Source of the DNA: Delftia acidovorans NBRC 14950
GTDB taxonomy: Bacteria; Pseudomonadota; Gammaproteobacteria; Burkholderiales; Burkholderiaceae_C
Length of the DNA: 32,000 nt
Assembly (NCBI RefSeq): GCF_001598795.1
Contig: NZ_BCZP01000027.1
Span: forward strand, 30,001-62,000
Direction of reading: 5' to 3'
The notes under the pieces are model-generated. The model worked only from the letters and a program-made list of their open reading frames with translations. It made no database searches and was not told where the DNA came from. Each line of letters begins with the position of its first letter. The stretch's first letter is position 1. The position numbers were made by a program, and so were the translations under genes. Of this stretch, positions 1-8,760 are shown piece by piece.

Positions 1-5
1 GTCCC

Positions 6-908
6 ATGGCCCCACCCACCCATATGCCGCCGCTGTCCGCCCTGCGTGCCTTCGAGGCCACGGTGCGCCACGGCAGCGTTTCCAAGGCCGCGCGCGAGCT
101 GCACCTGACCGATGGCGCCGTGAGCCGCGCCGTGCGCGACATGGAAGAGGCGCTGGGCTTTGCGCTGTTCCAGCGCAGCAACCGCAGCATCATTGCCACC
201 CCTACGGCGCGTGTGCTGGCCGAGGAGGTGGCCCTGGCGCTGGAGCGCCTGCGCGGCGCGCTGGGCCGTGCGCGGCAGGCCGCCGGGCCGGACCGGCCGC
301 TGGTGCTGTCCTGCGAGCCCACCTTTCTGATGCGCTGGCTGATTCCCCGCCTGGGCGGTTTGCAGGAAGCGATCGGCACGCAGCGCGAGCTGCGCCTGGT
401 GTCGGCCGGCGGCTCGGTGCCCTTTGCGCGCGAGGGCATCGATCTGGCCATACGCCGCGCGGATTTCGACATGGGCGCCGATGTGGTTGCCGAGCCCTTT
501 TTGCAGGAGCACGTGGGCCCCGTCTGCAGGCCTGCACTTGCGAAGACGCTGGCACGCTCCGGGCCGCTGGGCTGCGTGCTGCTGCACACAGCATCGCGCC
601 CGGACGCATGGCGGCATTGGAGCGAGCTGACCGGCGTGCCGCTGCAGCCCGGGCGCGAGGCCCGCTTCGAGCATTTCTACCTGAGCCTGCAGGCCGCCGT
701 TGCCGGGGCGGGCATTGCCATCGGGCCGCTGGCGCTGGTGGCCGACGATCTGGCCAGCGGCACCCTGTGCGCGCCGCGCGGCTTTGTGGCCGACGGCTCG
801 CACTACGTGCTCATGTCACCCAGGCCGGTGCATGACGAGGCCCGCTTCGCCCTGGTGCTGGAGTGGCTGCGCACGCAGACATTGCCGCTGGCGCGAGCCG
901 ACGCATGA
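6..908 (+). CDS. LysR-family transcriptional regulator (GcvA-like)
   Basis: 300-aa ORF with ATG at 6. The N-terminal winged-HTH signature LSALRAFEATVRHGSVSKAARELHLTDGAVSRAVRDMEEALGFALFQR is typical of LysR/GcvA-type regulators, and the C-terminal part has the length of a co-inducer domain. Confidence 0.85.
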   Translation: MAPPTHMPPLSALRAFEATVRHGSVSKAARELHLTDGAVSRAVRDMEEALGFALFQRSNRSIIATPTARVLAEEVALALERLRGALGRARQAAGPDRPLVLSCEPTFLMRWLIPRLGGLQEAIGTQRELRLVSAGGSVPFAREGIDLAIRRADFDMGADVVAEPFLQEHVGPVCRPALAKTLARSGPLGCVLLHTASRPDAWRHWSELTGVPLQPGREARFEHFYLSLQAAVAGAGIAIGPLALVADDLASGTLCAPRGFVADGSHYVLMSPRPVHDEARFALVLEWLRTQTLPLARADA

Positions 909-925
909 CTTGCGCCTGCCCGGCT

Positions 926-1837
926 TCACTGGTCGTGCTCGGACAGCTCCCGCCAGTGCGTGCGGGTGAATGCATAGACGGTTTCCAGCGCCGGTGACAG
1001 GCTGCGCGCGCCCATGCGCGCCATGCCGTAGCGGCCGCAGCGCCGGGGATCGGCGGGCAGGGGCACTTCGGCCATGGTGCCGCTGGCGCGCTCCTGGCGC
1101 GTGATGGACAGCACGCCGAACAGCAAGGTGTCCGTGGCCAGGGTCACGCTGCGCAGCAGTTCCAGGTTGTTGCAGTGCAGGGTGAACAGCTTGTCGGGCT
1201 CGGCTCCCTCGCCCCACAGCTCGGCCAGCTGCCGCGCCATGGCCGTGCTCAGCGTGGTGGTGGCCAGGGGGTAGCGGCGGATCTCGTCCATGCCGGGGTT
1301 TTGCAGCACGGGGTGGCCCGCGCGGCAGACCAGGCCGGCGGGCAACTCGCCCAGCAGCTCCATGTCCACGTCCTCGGCGGCGCGCAGCACATAGGCGTCG
1401 CCGACGATGGCGTCTATCGACTCATTGCGCAGCAGCTCCAGCAGGGCGCTGGTGGCACCCATCTCGGTGCGCACCTTGATGCGCGGATGCGCCTGCGCCA
1501 TGTGGATCAGAAAGGGCTTGAGCAGCAGTGCCGCCGGGGCCGGCGCCACGCCAATGGCCAGTGCACCCTCCTGGCCGCCGCGCAGCAGCTCCAGGTCGCG
1601 TCGCAGCTGGGTTTCCTCCAGCCGCATGCGGCGCGCGCGCTCGGCCACCAGTTCGCCGAAGACCGTCAGCCGGGCGCGCCGCGCGCCCCGGTCGAACAGC
1701 TGCGCCCGGAGCTCGTCTTCCAGCGCGCGGATGCTGCGGCTCAGCGCCGGCTGGGTCAGGTGCACGGCGCGCGCCGCGTCTGAAAAAGTGCCGTGCTCGA
1801 CGATGGCCAGCAAGTGCCGCAGCTTCTGGGTATCCAT
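926..1837 (-). CDS. LysR-family transcriptional regulator
   Basis: 303-aa ORF with N-terminal HTH LRHLLAIVEHGTFSDAARAVHLTQPALSRSIRALEDELRAQLFDR. ATG at 1837 is preceded by GAGGA on the minus strand. It is divergent from the transporter/amidohydrolase operon, the classic LysR arrangement. Confidence 0.9.
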   Translation of the reverse strand: MDTQKLRHLLAIVEHGTFSDAARAVHLTQPALSRSIRALEDELRAQLFDRGARRARLTVFGELVAERARRMRLEETQLRRDLELLRGGQEGALAIGVAPAPAALLLKPFLIHMAQAHPRIKVRTEMGATSALLELLRNESIDAIVGDAYVLRAAEDVDMELLGELPAGLVCRAGHPVLQNPGMDEIRRYPLATTTLSTAMARQLAELWGEGAEPDKLFTLHCNNLELLRSVTLATDTLLFGVLSITRQERASGTMAEVPLPADPRRCGRYGMARMGARSLSPALETVYAFTRTHWRELSEHDQ

Positions 1838-1884
1838 GCGAAGTCCTCATGGTTTGTTGGCAAATTTCTCATTTGAATTATAGG

Positions 1885-1897
1885 TAGGCACTTCCTA
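1885..1897. promoter_or_regulatory. Candidate LysR-type T-N11-A operator (TAGG-N5-CCTA dyad) in the divergent promoter region
   Basis: TAGGCACTTCCTA reads T-N11-A with perfect 4-bp dyad arms. It lies in the lower-G+C 1838-1978 intergenic region between the minus-strand LysR gene and the plus-strand operon. Confidence 0.35.
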
Positions 1898-1978
1898 AGA
1901 TCGCATCCATGGACATTGAAACGTCCTATAGAGCGGCCACAACCGCCAACTCTTTCATCGGAGCAAAGGAGACAAATC

Positions 1979-2185
1979 ATGCTCAAGCTGTTCATCGGCA
2001 TAGGCATCCCGTACATCGCGGTGATCGGCCTGCTTCCCTGGGTCGCGTCCGTCGATCGCTTCGTGTTCGGCGTGCCCTTCATCTACCTGTGGATCTTCAT
2101 GTGGTTCGTGCTGACGTCGCTGTGCATGCTCGTGTGCTGGCTGATGTTCGACCGCCACGAAGCCGACGACGTGCAGTCGGCCTGA
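1979..2185 (+). CDS. Small two-TM membrane protein, resembling the DUF3311-type partner of sodium:solute symporters
   Basis: In-frame ATG at 1979 is preceded by GGAGCAAAGGAG; the longer track ORF starts at 1916. The product is a 68-aa hydrophobic protein (MLKLFIGIGIPYIAVIGLLPW...FIYLWIFMWFVLTSLCMLVCW) immediately upstream of an SSS transporter, which is the usual context of this small-subunit family. Confidence 0.55.
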   Translation: MLKLFIGIGIPYIAVIGLLPWVASVDRFVFGVPFIYLWIFMWFVLTSLCMLVCWLMFDRHEADDVQSA

Positions 2186-2198
2186 ACGGAGCACCGCC

Positions 2199-3581
2199 AT
2201 GACCACCGCAGTCTTTCTGGGCTTCATCGCACTGTCCCTGTACCTGGCCATCCGTTCCCGCACCGGCAAGGGTGCGCAAAGCGTGCATGACTTCTTCGTC
2301 GCCTCGCGCCAGTTCGGCGCCTACCTGGTGTTCTTCCTCGCCGCCGGCGAGATCTACAGCATCGGCACCATGGTCGGCTTTCCGGGCGGCATCTACGCCA
2401 AGGGGCCGACCTATGGCGTCTGGTTCCTGGGCTACATCCTGCTGGCCTATCCGCTGGGCTACTTCCTCGGCCCCATGATCTGGAAGGCCGGCCTGCGCCA
2501 CAACGCCATCACCCTGCCGGACCTGTTCAAGGGCCACTTCGGCAGCCGCGCGCTGGAGCTGATCGTGGCCGGCTCGGCCATCCTCTTCCTGCTGCCCTGG
2601 GGCCAGCTGCAGTTCACGGGGCTGGTGGCGGCGCTCAAGGGGCTGGGCTGGAACTTCCAGCCGCTGCACCTGCTGCTGATCTCGGCGGGCCTGGCCTTCA
2701 CCTACATCGCCATCTCGGGCGTGCGTGCCTCGGCCTATATCGCCATCCTCAAGGACATCCTCATGGTGGTGGCCATCATCGCCACGGGCGTGGCCGTGGG
2801 CTGGCATGCCGGGGTGGGTGATGTGTTCGCCGCCGCCAGTGCCAAGGTCAGCAACCACATGACCGATACGCAGCTGCGCTTTTCCATGAGCACCATGCTG
2901 TTCCAGGCGCTGGGCTTCTACATGATGCCGTTTGCCGTGCAGAACTTCTTCACGGCCAAGAGTTCGCACACCATTCGCCGCACCCAGATCGCCATGCCGC
3001 TGTACATGCTGATGTACCCGTTCCTGGTGCTGGCCTCGTACTACGCCATCAGCCAGAACCTGGAACTGGCATCGCCCAACGAGGCTTTCTTCGCCGCTGC
3101 CGTGCGCCTGCTGCCCGACTGGCTGCTGGGCCTGGTCGCCGCAGGCGCCGCGCTGTCGGGCCTGCTGGTGCTGGCGGGCATCTGCCTGGCCATCGGCCCC
3201 ATCGTGGCGCGCAACCTGCTGCCCGGCCTGCCCGAGGCCAAGCAAAAGCAGGGCGCCAAGGTGGTGATCGTCATCTACCTGCTGCTGTCCATCGTGATGA
3301 CGCTGCTCACCCCCAACCTGATGCTGACCCTGATCAACACCACCTACTACGGCGTGACGCAGTTCTTCCCGGGAATGATGGCCATCCTGTTTGGCTGGCG
3401 CATCCGGCCCCTGGCCATTGCCCTGGGCATCGTCTGCGGGCAGGCGCTGGCCATCGTGCTGTACCTGCAGCAACCGGACTTCGGCGGTATCAACCTGGGC
3501 TTCATCAGCCTGGCGCTGAACCTGCTGGTCACGGCCATCGTCCACTGCCTGCCGCGTGCTGCACACGTCAAGACCGCCTGA
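2199..3581 (+). CDS. Sodium:solute symporter (SSS) family transporter
   Basis: 460-aa polytopic membrane protein. Its N-terminal region (SVHDFFVASRQFGAYLVFFLAAGEIYSIGTMVGFPGGIY) resembles PutP/PanF-type SSS permeases. Confidence 0.88.
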   Translation: MTTAVFLGFIALSLYLAIRSRTGKGAQSVHDFFVASRQFGAYLVFFLAAGEIYSIGTMVGFPGGIYAKGPTYGVWFLGYILLAYPLGYFLGPMIWKAGLRHNAITLPDLFKGHFGSRALELIVAGSAILFLLPWGQLQFTGLVAALKGLGWNFQPLHLLLISAGLAFTYIAISGVRASAYIAILKDILMVVAIIATGVAVGWHAGVGDVFAAASAKVSNHMTDTQLRFSMSTMLFQALGFYMMPFAVQNFFTAKSSHTIRRTQIAMPLYMLMYPFLVLASYYAISQNLELASPNEAFFAAAVRLLPDWLLGLVAAGAALSGLLVLAGICLAIGPIVARNLLPGLPEAKQKQGAKVVIVIYLLLSIVMTLLTPNLMLTLINTTYYGVTQFFPGMMAILFGWRIRPLAIALGIVCGQALAIVLYLQQPDFGGINLGFISLALNLLVTAIVHCLPRAAHVKTA

Positions 3582-3594
3582 GGGAAACATCCCC

Positions 3595-5259
3595 ATGAAC
3601 CACGAAACCAGCGAGCGCGTGCGCATCTTCGCGGCGCGCACCATCCTCACCATGAACCCGGCCCAGCCGCGGGCCACCCACGTGGCCGTGCGCGGCGGCA
3701 CCATCCTCGCGGTGGGCGGGGAGGCCGACATGGCCGCCTGGCCCGATGCCGAACGCATCGACCACCTGCGCGGCAGGGTCCTCATGCCCGGCCTGATCGA
3801 GGCCCACAGCCACCTGATGGAAGGCGCCATGTGGGATGCGGTCTACCTGGGCTACTTTGACCGCCGCGATCCCGACGGGCGGCTGTGGCCCGGCCTGCGC
3901 ACGCTGGACGCCGTGCTGGCGCGCCTGGCCGAGGCCGAGCGTGCCCTGCCCGACGCGCAGGCCACGCTGCTGGCCTGGGGGTTCGATCCCATCCTCTTTG
4001 GCAGCAGCCGGCTGTCGGTGCGCGAGCTGGACCGCGTCTCGCGCACGCGGCCCATCGTCATCCTGCACGCCAGCGTGCACCTGATGAATGTGAACTCGGC
4101 CATGCTGGCGCTGGCCGGCATCGACGAGGACACCGATATCGACGGCATCCACAAGGACGCCGAGGGCCAGCCCACGGGCGAGCTGCAGGAGTTCGCCGCC
4201 ATGTATCCGGTACAGAAGGTGATTGGCAGCGCGCTGTCGCTGGCCGCTGCCGAGCAGCGCGAGGCGATCTGGAAGTTCGGCCGCGTGGCCCAGCTCGCGG
4301 GCGTGACCACGGCCACCGACCTGGTCAGCGATCTCTCGGCCCAGGGCCTGGCTGCGCTGCGCGAAGTGACGGGCGACGCGGCCTATCCGCTGCGCATCGT
4401 CCCGGCCTTTGCGCCGCAGCGCAATCCGGAAGGCGGCGCCGCGCGCGTGCACGCCGCTGCCGCATCGTCGGCCAGCGACAAGCTGCAGTTCGGCCCCGTC
4501 AAGTTCATCGTGGACGGCTCCATCCAGGGCTTCACCGCGCGCCTGCGCGCTCCCGGCTACGCGGGCGGGCAGCCCAATGGCCTGTGGCTGATTCCGCCGT
4601 CGCAGCTGCCCGCGCTGTTCGAGCCCTTCCACCTGGCCGGGCTGCAACTGCACATCCACACCAACGGAGACGAGGCCACCGAGGTGGTGCTGGATGTGAT
4701 CGAGGACCTGCTGGCCAGGCACCCGCGCGCCGACCATCGCCACACCCTGCAGCACTGCCAACTGGCCAGCAGCGCCCAGCTGCAGCGCGCCGCGCGCCTG
4801 GGAATGTGCGTCAACTTCTTCTCCAACCACCTCTATTACTGGGGCGATGCGCACGCCGGGCAGACCGTGGGTATCGAGTGGGCGTCACGCATGAATGCGG
4901 CGGGCACGGCACGGCGCCTGGGCATGGACTTTTCCATGCACTCCGATGCGCCCATCACCCCCATCAACCCCTTGTTCACCGCCTGGTGCGCCGTGCAGCG
5001 CGAAACCGCTTCAGGCCGCGTGCTGGGCGAGGCCGAGCGCCTGTCGGTGGACGATGCCCTGCATGCCATCACCATGGGCGCGGCCCGTACCCTGAAACTG
5101 GAGCAGCGCGTGGGCAGCATCGAGCCCGGCAAGCTGGCGGACTTCGCCGTGCTGGAAGACGATCCCCGCGCGGTGGCGCCCGCCGCCCTCAAGGACGTGA
5201 AGGTCTGGGGCACCGTGCTGGGCGGCCGCATCTTCCCCGCGCCCGGGTCCCAGCCATGA
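3595..5259 (+). CDS. Metal-dependent amidohydrolase (Amidohydro_3 / YtcJ-like)
   Basis: Carries the LMPGLIEAHSHLMEG metal-binding HxH motif, plus later LHIHTNGDEA and HSDAP motifs typical of the YtcJ-type amidohydrolase fold. Start chosen at ATG 3595 (MNHETSERV); the track ORF begins at 3556 inside the transporter gene. Confidence 0.85.
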   Translation: MNHETSERVRIFAARTILTMNPAQPRATHVAVRGGTILAVGGEADMAAWPDAERIDHLRGRVLMPGLIEAHSHLMEGAMWDAVYLGYFDRRDPDGRLWPGLRTLDAVLARLAEAERALPDAQATLLAWGFDPILFGSSRLSVRELDRVSRTRPIVILHASVHLMNVNSAMLALAGIDEDTDIDGIHKDAEGQPTGELQEFAAMYPVQKVIGSALSLAAAEQREAIWKFGRVAQLAGVTTATDLVSDLSAQGLAALREVTGDAAYPLRIVPAFAPQRNPEGGAARVHAAAASSASDKLQFGPVKFIVDGSIQGFTARLRAPGYAGGQPNGLWLIPPSQLPALFEPFHLAGLQLHIHTNGDEATEVVLDVIEDLLARHPRADHRHTLQHCQLASSAQLQRAARLGMCVNFFSNHLYYWGDAHAGQTVGIEWASRMNAAGTARRLGMDFSMHSDAPITPINPLFTAWCAVQRETASGRVLGEAERLSVDDALHAITMGAARTLKLEQRVGSIEPGKLADFAVLEDDPRAVAPAALKDVKVWGTVLGGRIFPAPGSQP

Positions 5260-6230
5260 GCACGCCGGCCGCCGCGGCGCAGCGGGCGCCCATTCCCATG
5301 GTCGTCGTGGGCGGCTACCTGGGCGCGGGCAAGACCACCTTGCTCAACCGGCTGCTGGAGCGCGCCGATGGCCTGCGCGTGGCCGTGCTGGTCAACGACT
5401 TCGGCGAGATCAACATCGACGCCGCCCTGATCCGCACACGCAGCAGCGACGTGCTGCAGCTGGAAAACGGCTGCATCTGCTGCTCCATCGGCGGGCGGCT
5501 GGCCGAGGCCCTGGCCGCCGTGGGCGTGCGGCCCGACCGCCCGGACCTGCTGGTCATCGAGGCCAGCGGCGTCTCCGACCCCGTGCGCATCGCCCATGTC
5601 GGCATGCTCGACCCCGCACTGCAGCTCAACGCCATCCTGGTGGCGGTGGATGTCCAGGACGTCGATGAGCAACTGTGCGACCCGCTGGTCGGCGACATGG
5701 TCCGCCGCCAGATCGCCGGCGCGACGGCGCTGGTGCTGACCAAGGCGGATCTGGTGGAACCATCGAAGTTCGATAGGGCAAAAAGCCGCCTCGCCGCTCT
5801 CGCCCCCCACACCCAGGTGCTGACCGCGCAGCATGGCGACATTCCCATGGCTTTGTTCCTCGATGCAGTTCCCCGGCCGCGCCGTTCGCAGGGTTTGCTG
5901 GGAGCGGGCGGCGTCTGGCAGGGCGCCGCCAATGGCATGGCCGGCATAGGCAGCTTCTCGTACACCACGCACCGATGCTTCGACAAACAGCGGCTCAGGC
6001 AAGCGCTGCGCACCCTGCCCGTGCCCCTGCTGCGTGCCAAGGGCATCGTGCGGATGGCGGACCACTGCAGCGGCCAGGAAATCCATTGGGTGGGCGGGCG
6101 ACTGCGCGTCACAAAGCTGCCTGTGGCACAGATCCGCGAATCCGCCTTGGTTTTCATTGGCTGCTTTGGCGACGAAGCGCGGCAACTTCTGTGCAAGCAC
6201 TTGGACAGTGCGCTGGTAGAGGCTGATTAG
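5256..6230 (+). CDS. CobW/COG0523-family G3E GTPase (putative metallochaperone)
   Basis: Walker A GGYLGAGKTTLLNRLL, CXCC metal motif GCICCS and EASGVSDP, with a C-terminal CobW_C-like region. ATG 5256 overlaps the amidohydrolase stop (ATGA). Only the last 325 aa of the 781-aa track ORF 3885..6230 look real. Confidence 0.9.
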   Translation: MSTPAAAAQRAPIPMVVVGGYLGAGKTTLLNRLLERADGLRVAVLVNDFGEINIDAALIRTRSSDVLQLENGCICCSIGGRLAEALAAVGVRPDRPDLLVIEASGVSDPVRIAHVGMLDPALQLNAILVAVDVQDVDEQLCDPLVGDMVRRQIAGATALVLTKADLVEPSKFDRAKSRLAALAPHTQVLTAQHGDIPMALFLDAVPRPRRSQGLLGAGGVWQGAANGMAGIGSFSYTTHRCFDKQRLRQALRTLPVPLLRAKGIVRMADHCSGQEIHWVGGRLRVTKLPVAQIRESALVFIGCFGDEARQLLCKHLDSALVEAD

Positions 6231-6307
6231 GGCGCCTTATCTAAGGGCACCCAGCGGACGCGCCGTGTGCATGGCGGGGGCACGTCAGGTTGGGGGCAAG
6301 GCTGGAT

Positions 6308-6335
6308 AAGCCCGTGTGGAAAAGAAGGGCTTTTT
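6308..6335 (+). terminator. Weak candidate intrinsic terminator after the CobW-like gene
   Basis: AAGCCC (6308-6313) pairs with GGGCTT (6327-6332) and runs into a T5 tract (6331-6335). The 13-nt loop is large, so the call is weak. Confidence 0.3.
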
Positions 6336-6378
6336 GAGCACCTCAAAGATAGCTTGCTACAAGAAAAATAGCTGCCGA

Positions 6379-6395
6379 GTCAATTAACCATTGAC
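6379..6395. promoter_or_regulatory. Perfect inverted repeat GTCAAT-N5-ATTGAC
   Basis: GTCAATTAACCATTGAC read directly. The half-site ATTGAC recurs at 6522-6527. Confidence 0.35.
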
Positions 6396-6503
6396 TTTGG
6401 ACTCCACGTTCGACTGAAGCATCTAGGTGCAACAAGTGAGCGCGCCTATCAGATAGCTCCTGTTTTCCTATGTCTGCCTGGTTTTATGTTGTGTATAAAT
6501 GTA

Positions 6504-6528
6504 GAATTTTTGAAAAATTCAATTGACC
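6504..6528. promoter_or_regulatory. 17-bp perfect palindrome GAATTTTT-G-AAAAATTC overlapping the 8-bp palindrome TCAATTGA; candidate operator
   Basis: Read directly at 6504-6520 and 6519-6526, about 45-70 bp upstream of the fliQ start. Confidence 0.4.
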
Positions 6529-6572
6529 GCAGATTGTGATTGAGTCATCCAAGGCACACTGCAAGGTGAAGC

Positions 6573-6839
6573 ATGAGTGCTGACTTGGCGTTAAAAATGA
6601 TGTCGGACCTGTTCTGGACGGGTCTGATCGTATGTCTCCCGATACTGGGCCTGACCATGCTGACCGGATTGCTCATCAGCGTGGTGCAGGTGGTCACGCA
6701 AATCCAGGAAATGTCGCTGACTTTCGTTCCGAAGCTGTTCGTGGCTGCCGTCGTGCTGATCGTGTGCGGCCCCTGGATGCTGAAGAAACTGGGGCAGTTC
6801 GCAACCCAGCTCTGGACGCGCATTCCGGCGATGTTCTGA
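6573..6839 (+). CDS. fliQ: Flagellar export apparatus protein FliQ
   Basis: 88-aa two-TM protein; ...GLLISVVQVVTQIQEMSLTFVPKLFVAAVVLIV... matches the FliQ/SctS family. RBS AAGGTGA lies upstream of the ATG. Confidence 0.9.
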   Translation: MSADLALKMMSDLFWTGLIVCLPILGLTMLTGLLISVVQVVTQIQEMSLTFVPKLFVAAVVLIVCGPWMLKKLGQFATQLWTRIPAMF

Positions 6840-6850
6840 ATCCCCACGAT

Positions 6851-7678
6851 ATGGATTCCCTGCCGCATCACTGGCTGCCGGCGATCGCTGGCACCTGGCT
6901 TCACGACGCGTGGTTAAAAGCTTTTCTTCCCTCGTTGCGGTTGGCTGTCGTGCTGGCAATGACCCCCGTGCTGTATGCCATGCCCATTCCCGGGCGCGTG
7001 CGTGCGCTGCTGGTGATCGGCCTGTCCTGGACGATGGGGCAATTGCTGTCGTTGCCACCGGCAGCGGCCGCACTGAGCATGGGTGGATTGCTCCAGGCGG
7101 CATGCGTGGAGGTGGCGCTGGGCATTGTGCTGGCGTTGGGCGTGCTGCTGGCATTCGCAGCCTTTTCCCTGGCGGGCAATCTTCTCGATGTGCAGATCGG
7201 GTTTGGCATTGCGCAAGTGTTCGATCCCGTGGGTAACAAGGCCGCGCCGCTGCTGGTGTCGGCATTCAACTATGTGGCCGTAGTCGGCTTCGTGCTGATC
7301 GATGGCCATCACAGCCTGCTGCGGGCCCTCGCCTACAGCTTCGAGCTGTTTCCGGCCGGTGCGAACTGGCCATTGGTTCTCGCCTCGGGCCCCGTCTTCA
7401 AGCAGGCCAGCGGGATGTTCATTCTTGGATTTGCGCTGGCCGCCCCTGTGGTGTTCTGTATTTTGCTTGTGGAGTTCGCCTTGGGCCTGGTCGCCAGAAA
7501 TCTTCCGCAGATCAATATGTTGGTACTGGGCATTCCGGCCAAGATCGTTGTCGGGTTTGCCGTGATGTCGCTGTGGTTTGCAGGAATGGGCGGCGCCATG
7601 AACCGGGTCTACATGGGAATTTTCGACATGTGGGCGGCCGTCTTTCTCACTGCGTCCCATGGGGCGGGAGCGCGCTGA
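6851..7678 (+). CDS. fliR: Flagellar export apparatus protein FliR
   Basis: 275-aa polytopic membrane protein from in-frame ATG 6851, positioned between fliQ and flhB. Contains FliR-like segments (LLDVQIGFGIAQVFDP, LVARNLPQINMLVLGIPAKI). Confidence 0.85.
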   Translation: MDSLPHHWLPAIAGTWLHDAWLKAFLPSLRLAVVLAMTPVLYAMPIPGRVRALLVIGLSWTMGQLLSLPPAAAALSMGGLLQAACVEVALGIVLALGVLLAFAAFSLAGNLLDVQIGFGIAQVFDPVGNKAAPLLVSAFNYVAVVGFVLIDGHHSLLRALAYSFELFPAGANWPLVLASGPVFKQASGMFILGFALAAPVVFCILLVEFALGLVARNLPQINMLVLGIPAKIVVGFAVMSLWFAGMGGAMNRVYMGIFDMWAAVFLTASHGAGAR

Positions 7679-8760
7679 TGGCCGAGCAGGATCTGGACCG
7701 CAATGAGACGGCCACCCCTTACAAGCTGCAAAAGGCCAGGGAAAAGGGCCAGGTTTCCAAGAGTTCCGACGTGGTGTCGGCCCTGGTGTTCACGGTTGCC
7801 GTTGCCTACCTCTCGTGGCAAGGATGGGATATGGCGCTTCGCCAGTTCCGGCTTGACCAGTTGCTGGTCATTCAAAGCTCTGCGGCCGGCCCCGGCGCTG
7901 AAATGCTGTGGCCCCTGATTGCCGGCATGCTCAAGGAAGCATTGGCCTGGCTGGCGCCGTTCGCGTGCACCGTGATGATTACCGCGGTGGTCGGCAATGC
8001 GATGCAGACGGGGCCGGTTCTCTCGGTGGAGCCCGTGGTTGCCGATTTCAACCGCCTCAATCCTGCCAATGGCATCCAGCGCGTGCTGTCCATGCGAGCC
8101 CTGTTTGACGCAGCCCGCGCCTGCGTCAAGCTGGGTTTGCTGATCGCAGTCGCCTATTTCTCTCTCAAGGACCTGGCGCCCCAGTTCTACAGCCTTTCCG
8201 GCCTGTCACCCCAGGGCTATCTCAAGACGCTGATTGCCGACCTGGGCAGCCTGGGTTTCAAGATGGCATTGCTGATGGCCATCATCGCTGCTGTTGACTG
8301 GGTGTTCACGCGCCGCGAATTCGCCAAGAAGATGCGCATGAGCAAGCGCGAAGTCAAGGATGAGCACAAGCAGCGCGAGGGCGACCCGCGGGTGAGGGCG
8401 CGACTGCGCGACTTGCAGCGTGAGGCGCGCAAGCGCAGCAAGGCCCTGCACCAGACCCGCAATGCGGACGTAGTGCTCACCAATCCCACGCATGTGGCCG
8501 TTGCGCTGCGCTATGTCCATGGAGAGATGGACTCGCCTCAGGTCGTTGCCAAGGGCGCAGGCCATCTGGCGGCGGCCATGCGGCAGATCGCCGCCAGGCA
8601 CCGCATTCCTGTCGTGCGCAGTCCTGCGCTGGCTCGCCGCCTGTTCAGTGAACTCGATGTGGAGCACCACGTGCCGCCGCACCTGTTTGCCGATGTGGCC
8701 CGCATCATCGTGTGGATCTTCGCCATGCGCGAGCGCTCGGCGGCGGGGGCTGCGCCATGA
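7678..8760 (+). CDS. flhB: Flagellar export switch protein FlhB
   Basis: N-terminus MAEQDLDRNETATPYKLQKAREKGQVSKS, four TM segments, KMSKREVKDEHKQREGDP and the autocleavage motif NPTH (VVLTNPTHVAVALRY). The start overlaps the fliR stop (TGATG). Confidence 0.93.
   Translation: MAEQDLDRNETATPYKLQKAREKGQVSKSSDVVSALVFTVAVAYLSWQGWDMALRQFRLDQLLVIQSSAAGPGAEMLWPLIAGMLKEALAWLAPFACTVMITAVVGNAMQTGPVLSVEPVVADFNRLNPANGIQRVLSMRALFDAARACVKLGLLIAVAYFSLKDLAPQFYSLSGLSPQGYLKTLIADLGSLGFKMALLMAIIAAVDWVFTRREFAKKMRMSKREVKDEHKQREGDPRVRARLRDLQREARKRSKALHQTRNADVVLTNPTHVAVALRYVHGEMDSPQVVAKGAGHLAAAMRQIAARHRIPVVRSPALARRLFSELDVEHHVPPHLFADVARIIVWIFAMRERSAAGAAP

Larger units (their letters stand above)
6231..6572 (+). promoter_or_regulatory. 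AT-rich intergenic region; probable promoter/operator region of the flagellar-type cluster
   Basis: 342 bp without a credible ORF and with sharply lower G+C than its flanks. By my count 6481-6540 has 16/60 G+C and 6361-6420 has 26/60. It contains several palindromes and TATAAA/TAGAAT-like hexamers at 6494-6507. Confidence 0.6.

Noticed and set aside
2097-3830. 577-aa minus-strand ORF antisense to the symporter/amidohydrolase genes. Similar long antisense ORFs occur at 3568..4854, 4836..6200 and 5315..6196.
   Set aside because: These are shadow ORFs typical of high-G+C DNA. Their translations are Arg/Gly/His/Gln/Asp-rich with no motifs, whereas the opposite-strand frames carry clear transporter, amidohydrolase and CobW signatures.
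3885-6230. 781-aa plus-strand ORF apparently spanning the amidohydrolase and GTPase genes
   Set aside because: The first roughly 455 aa are an out-of-frame, Arg/Pro/Gly-rich read-through of the amidohydrolase gene. Only the part from ATG 5256 (MSTPAAAAQRAPIPMVVVGGYLGAGKT...) is a real protein.
6470-6526. 18-aa ORF (MSAWFYVVYKCRIFEKFN) in the AT-rich intergenic region
   Set aside because: It is too short, has no RBS, and overlaps the palindromic candidate operators. Chance occurrence in AT-rich DNA is the more likely explanation.
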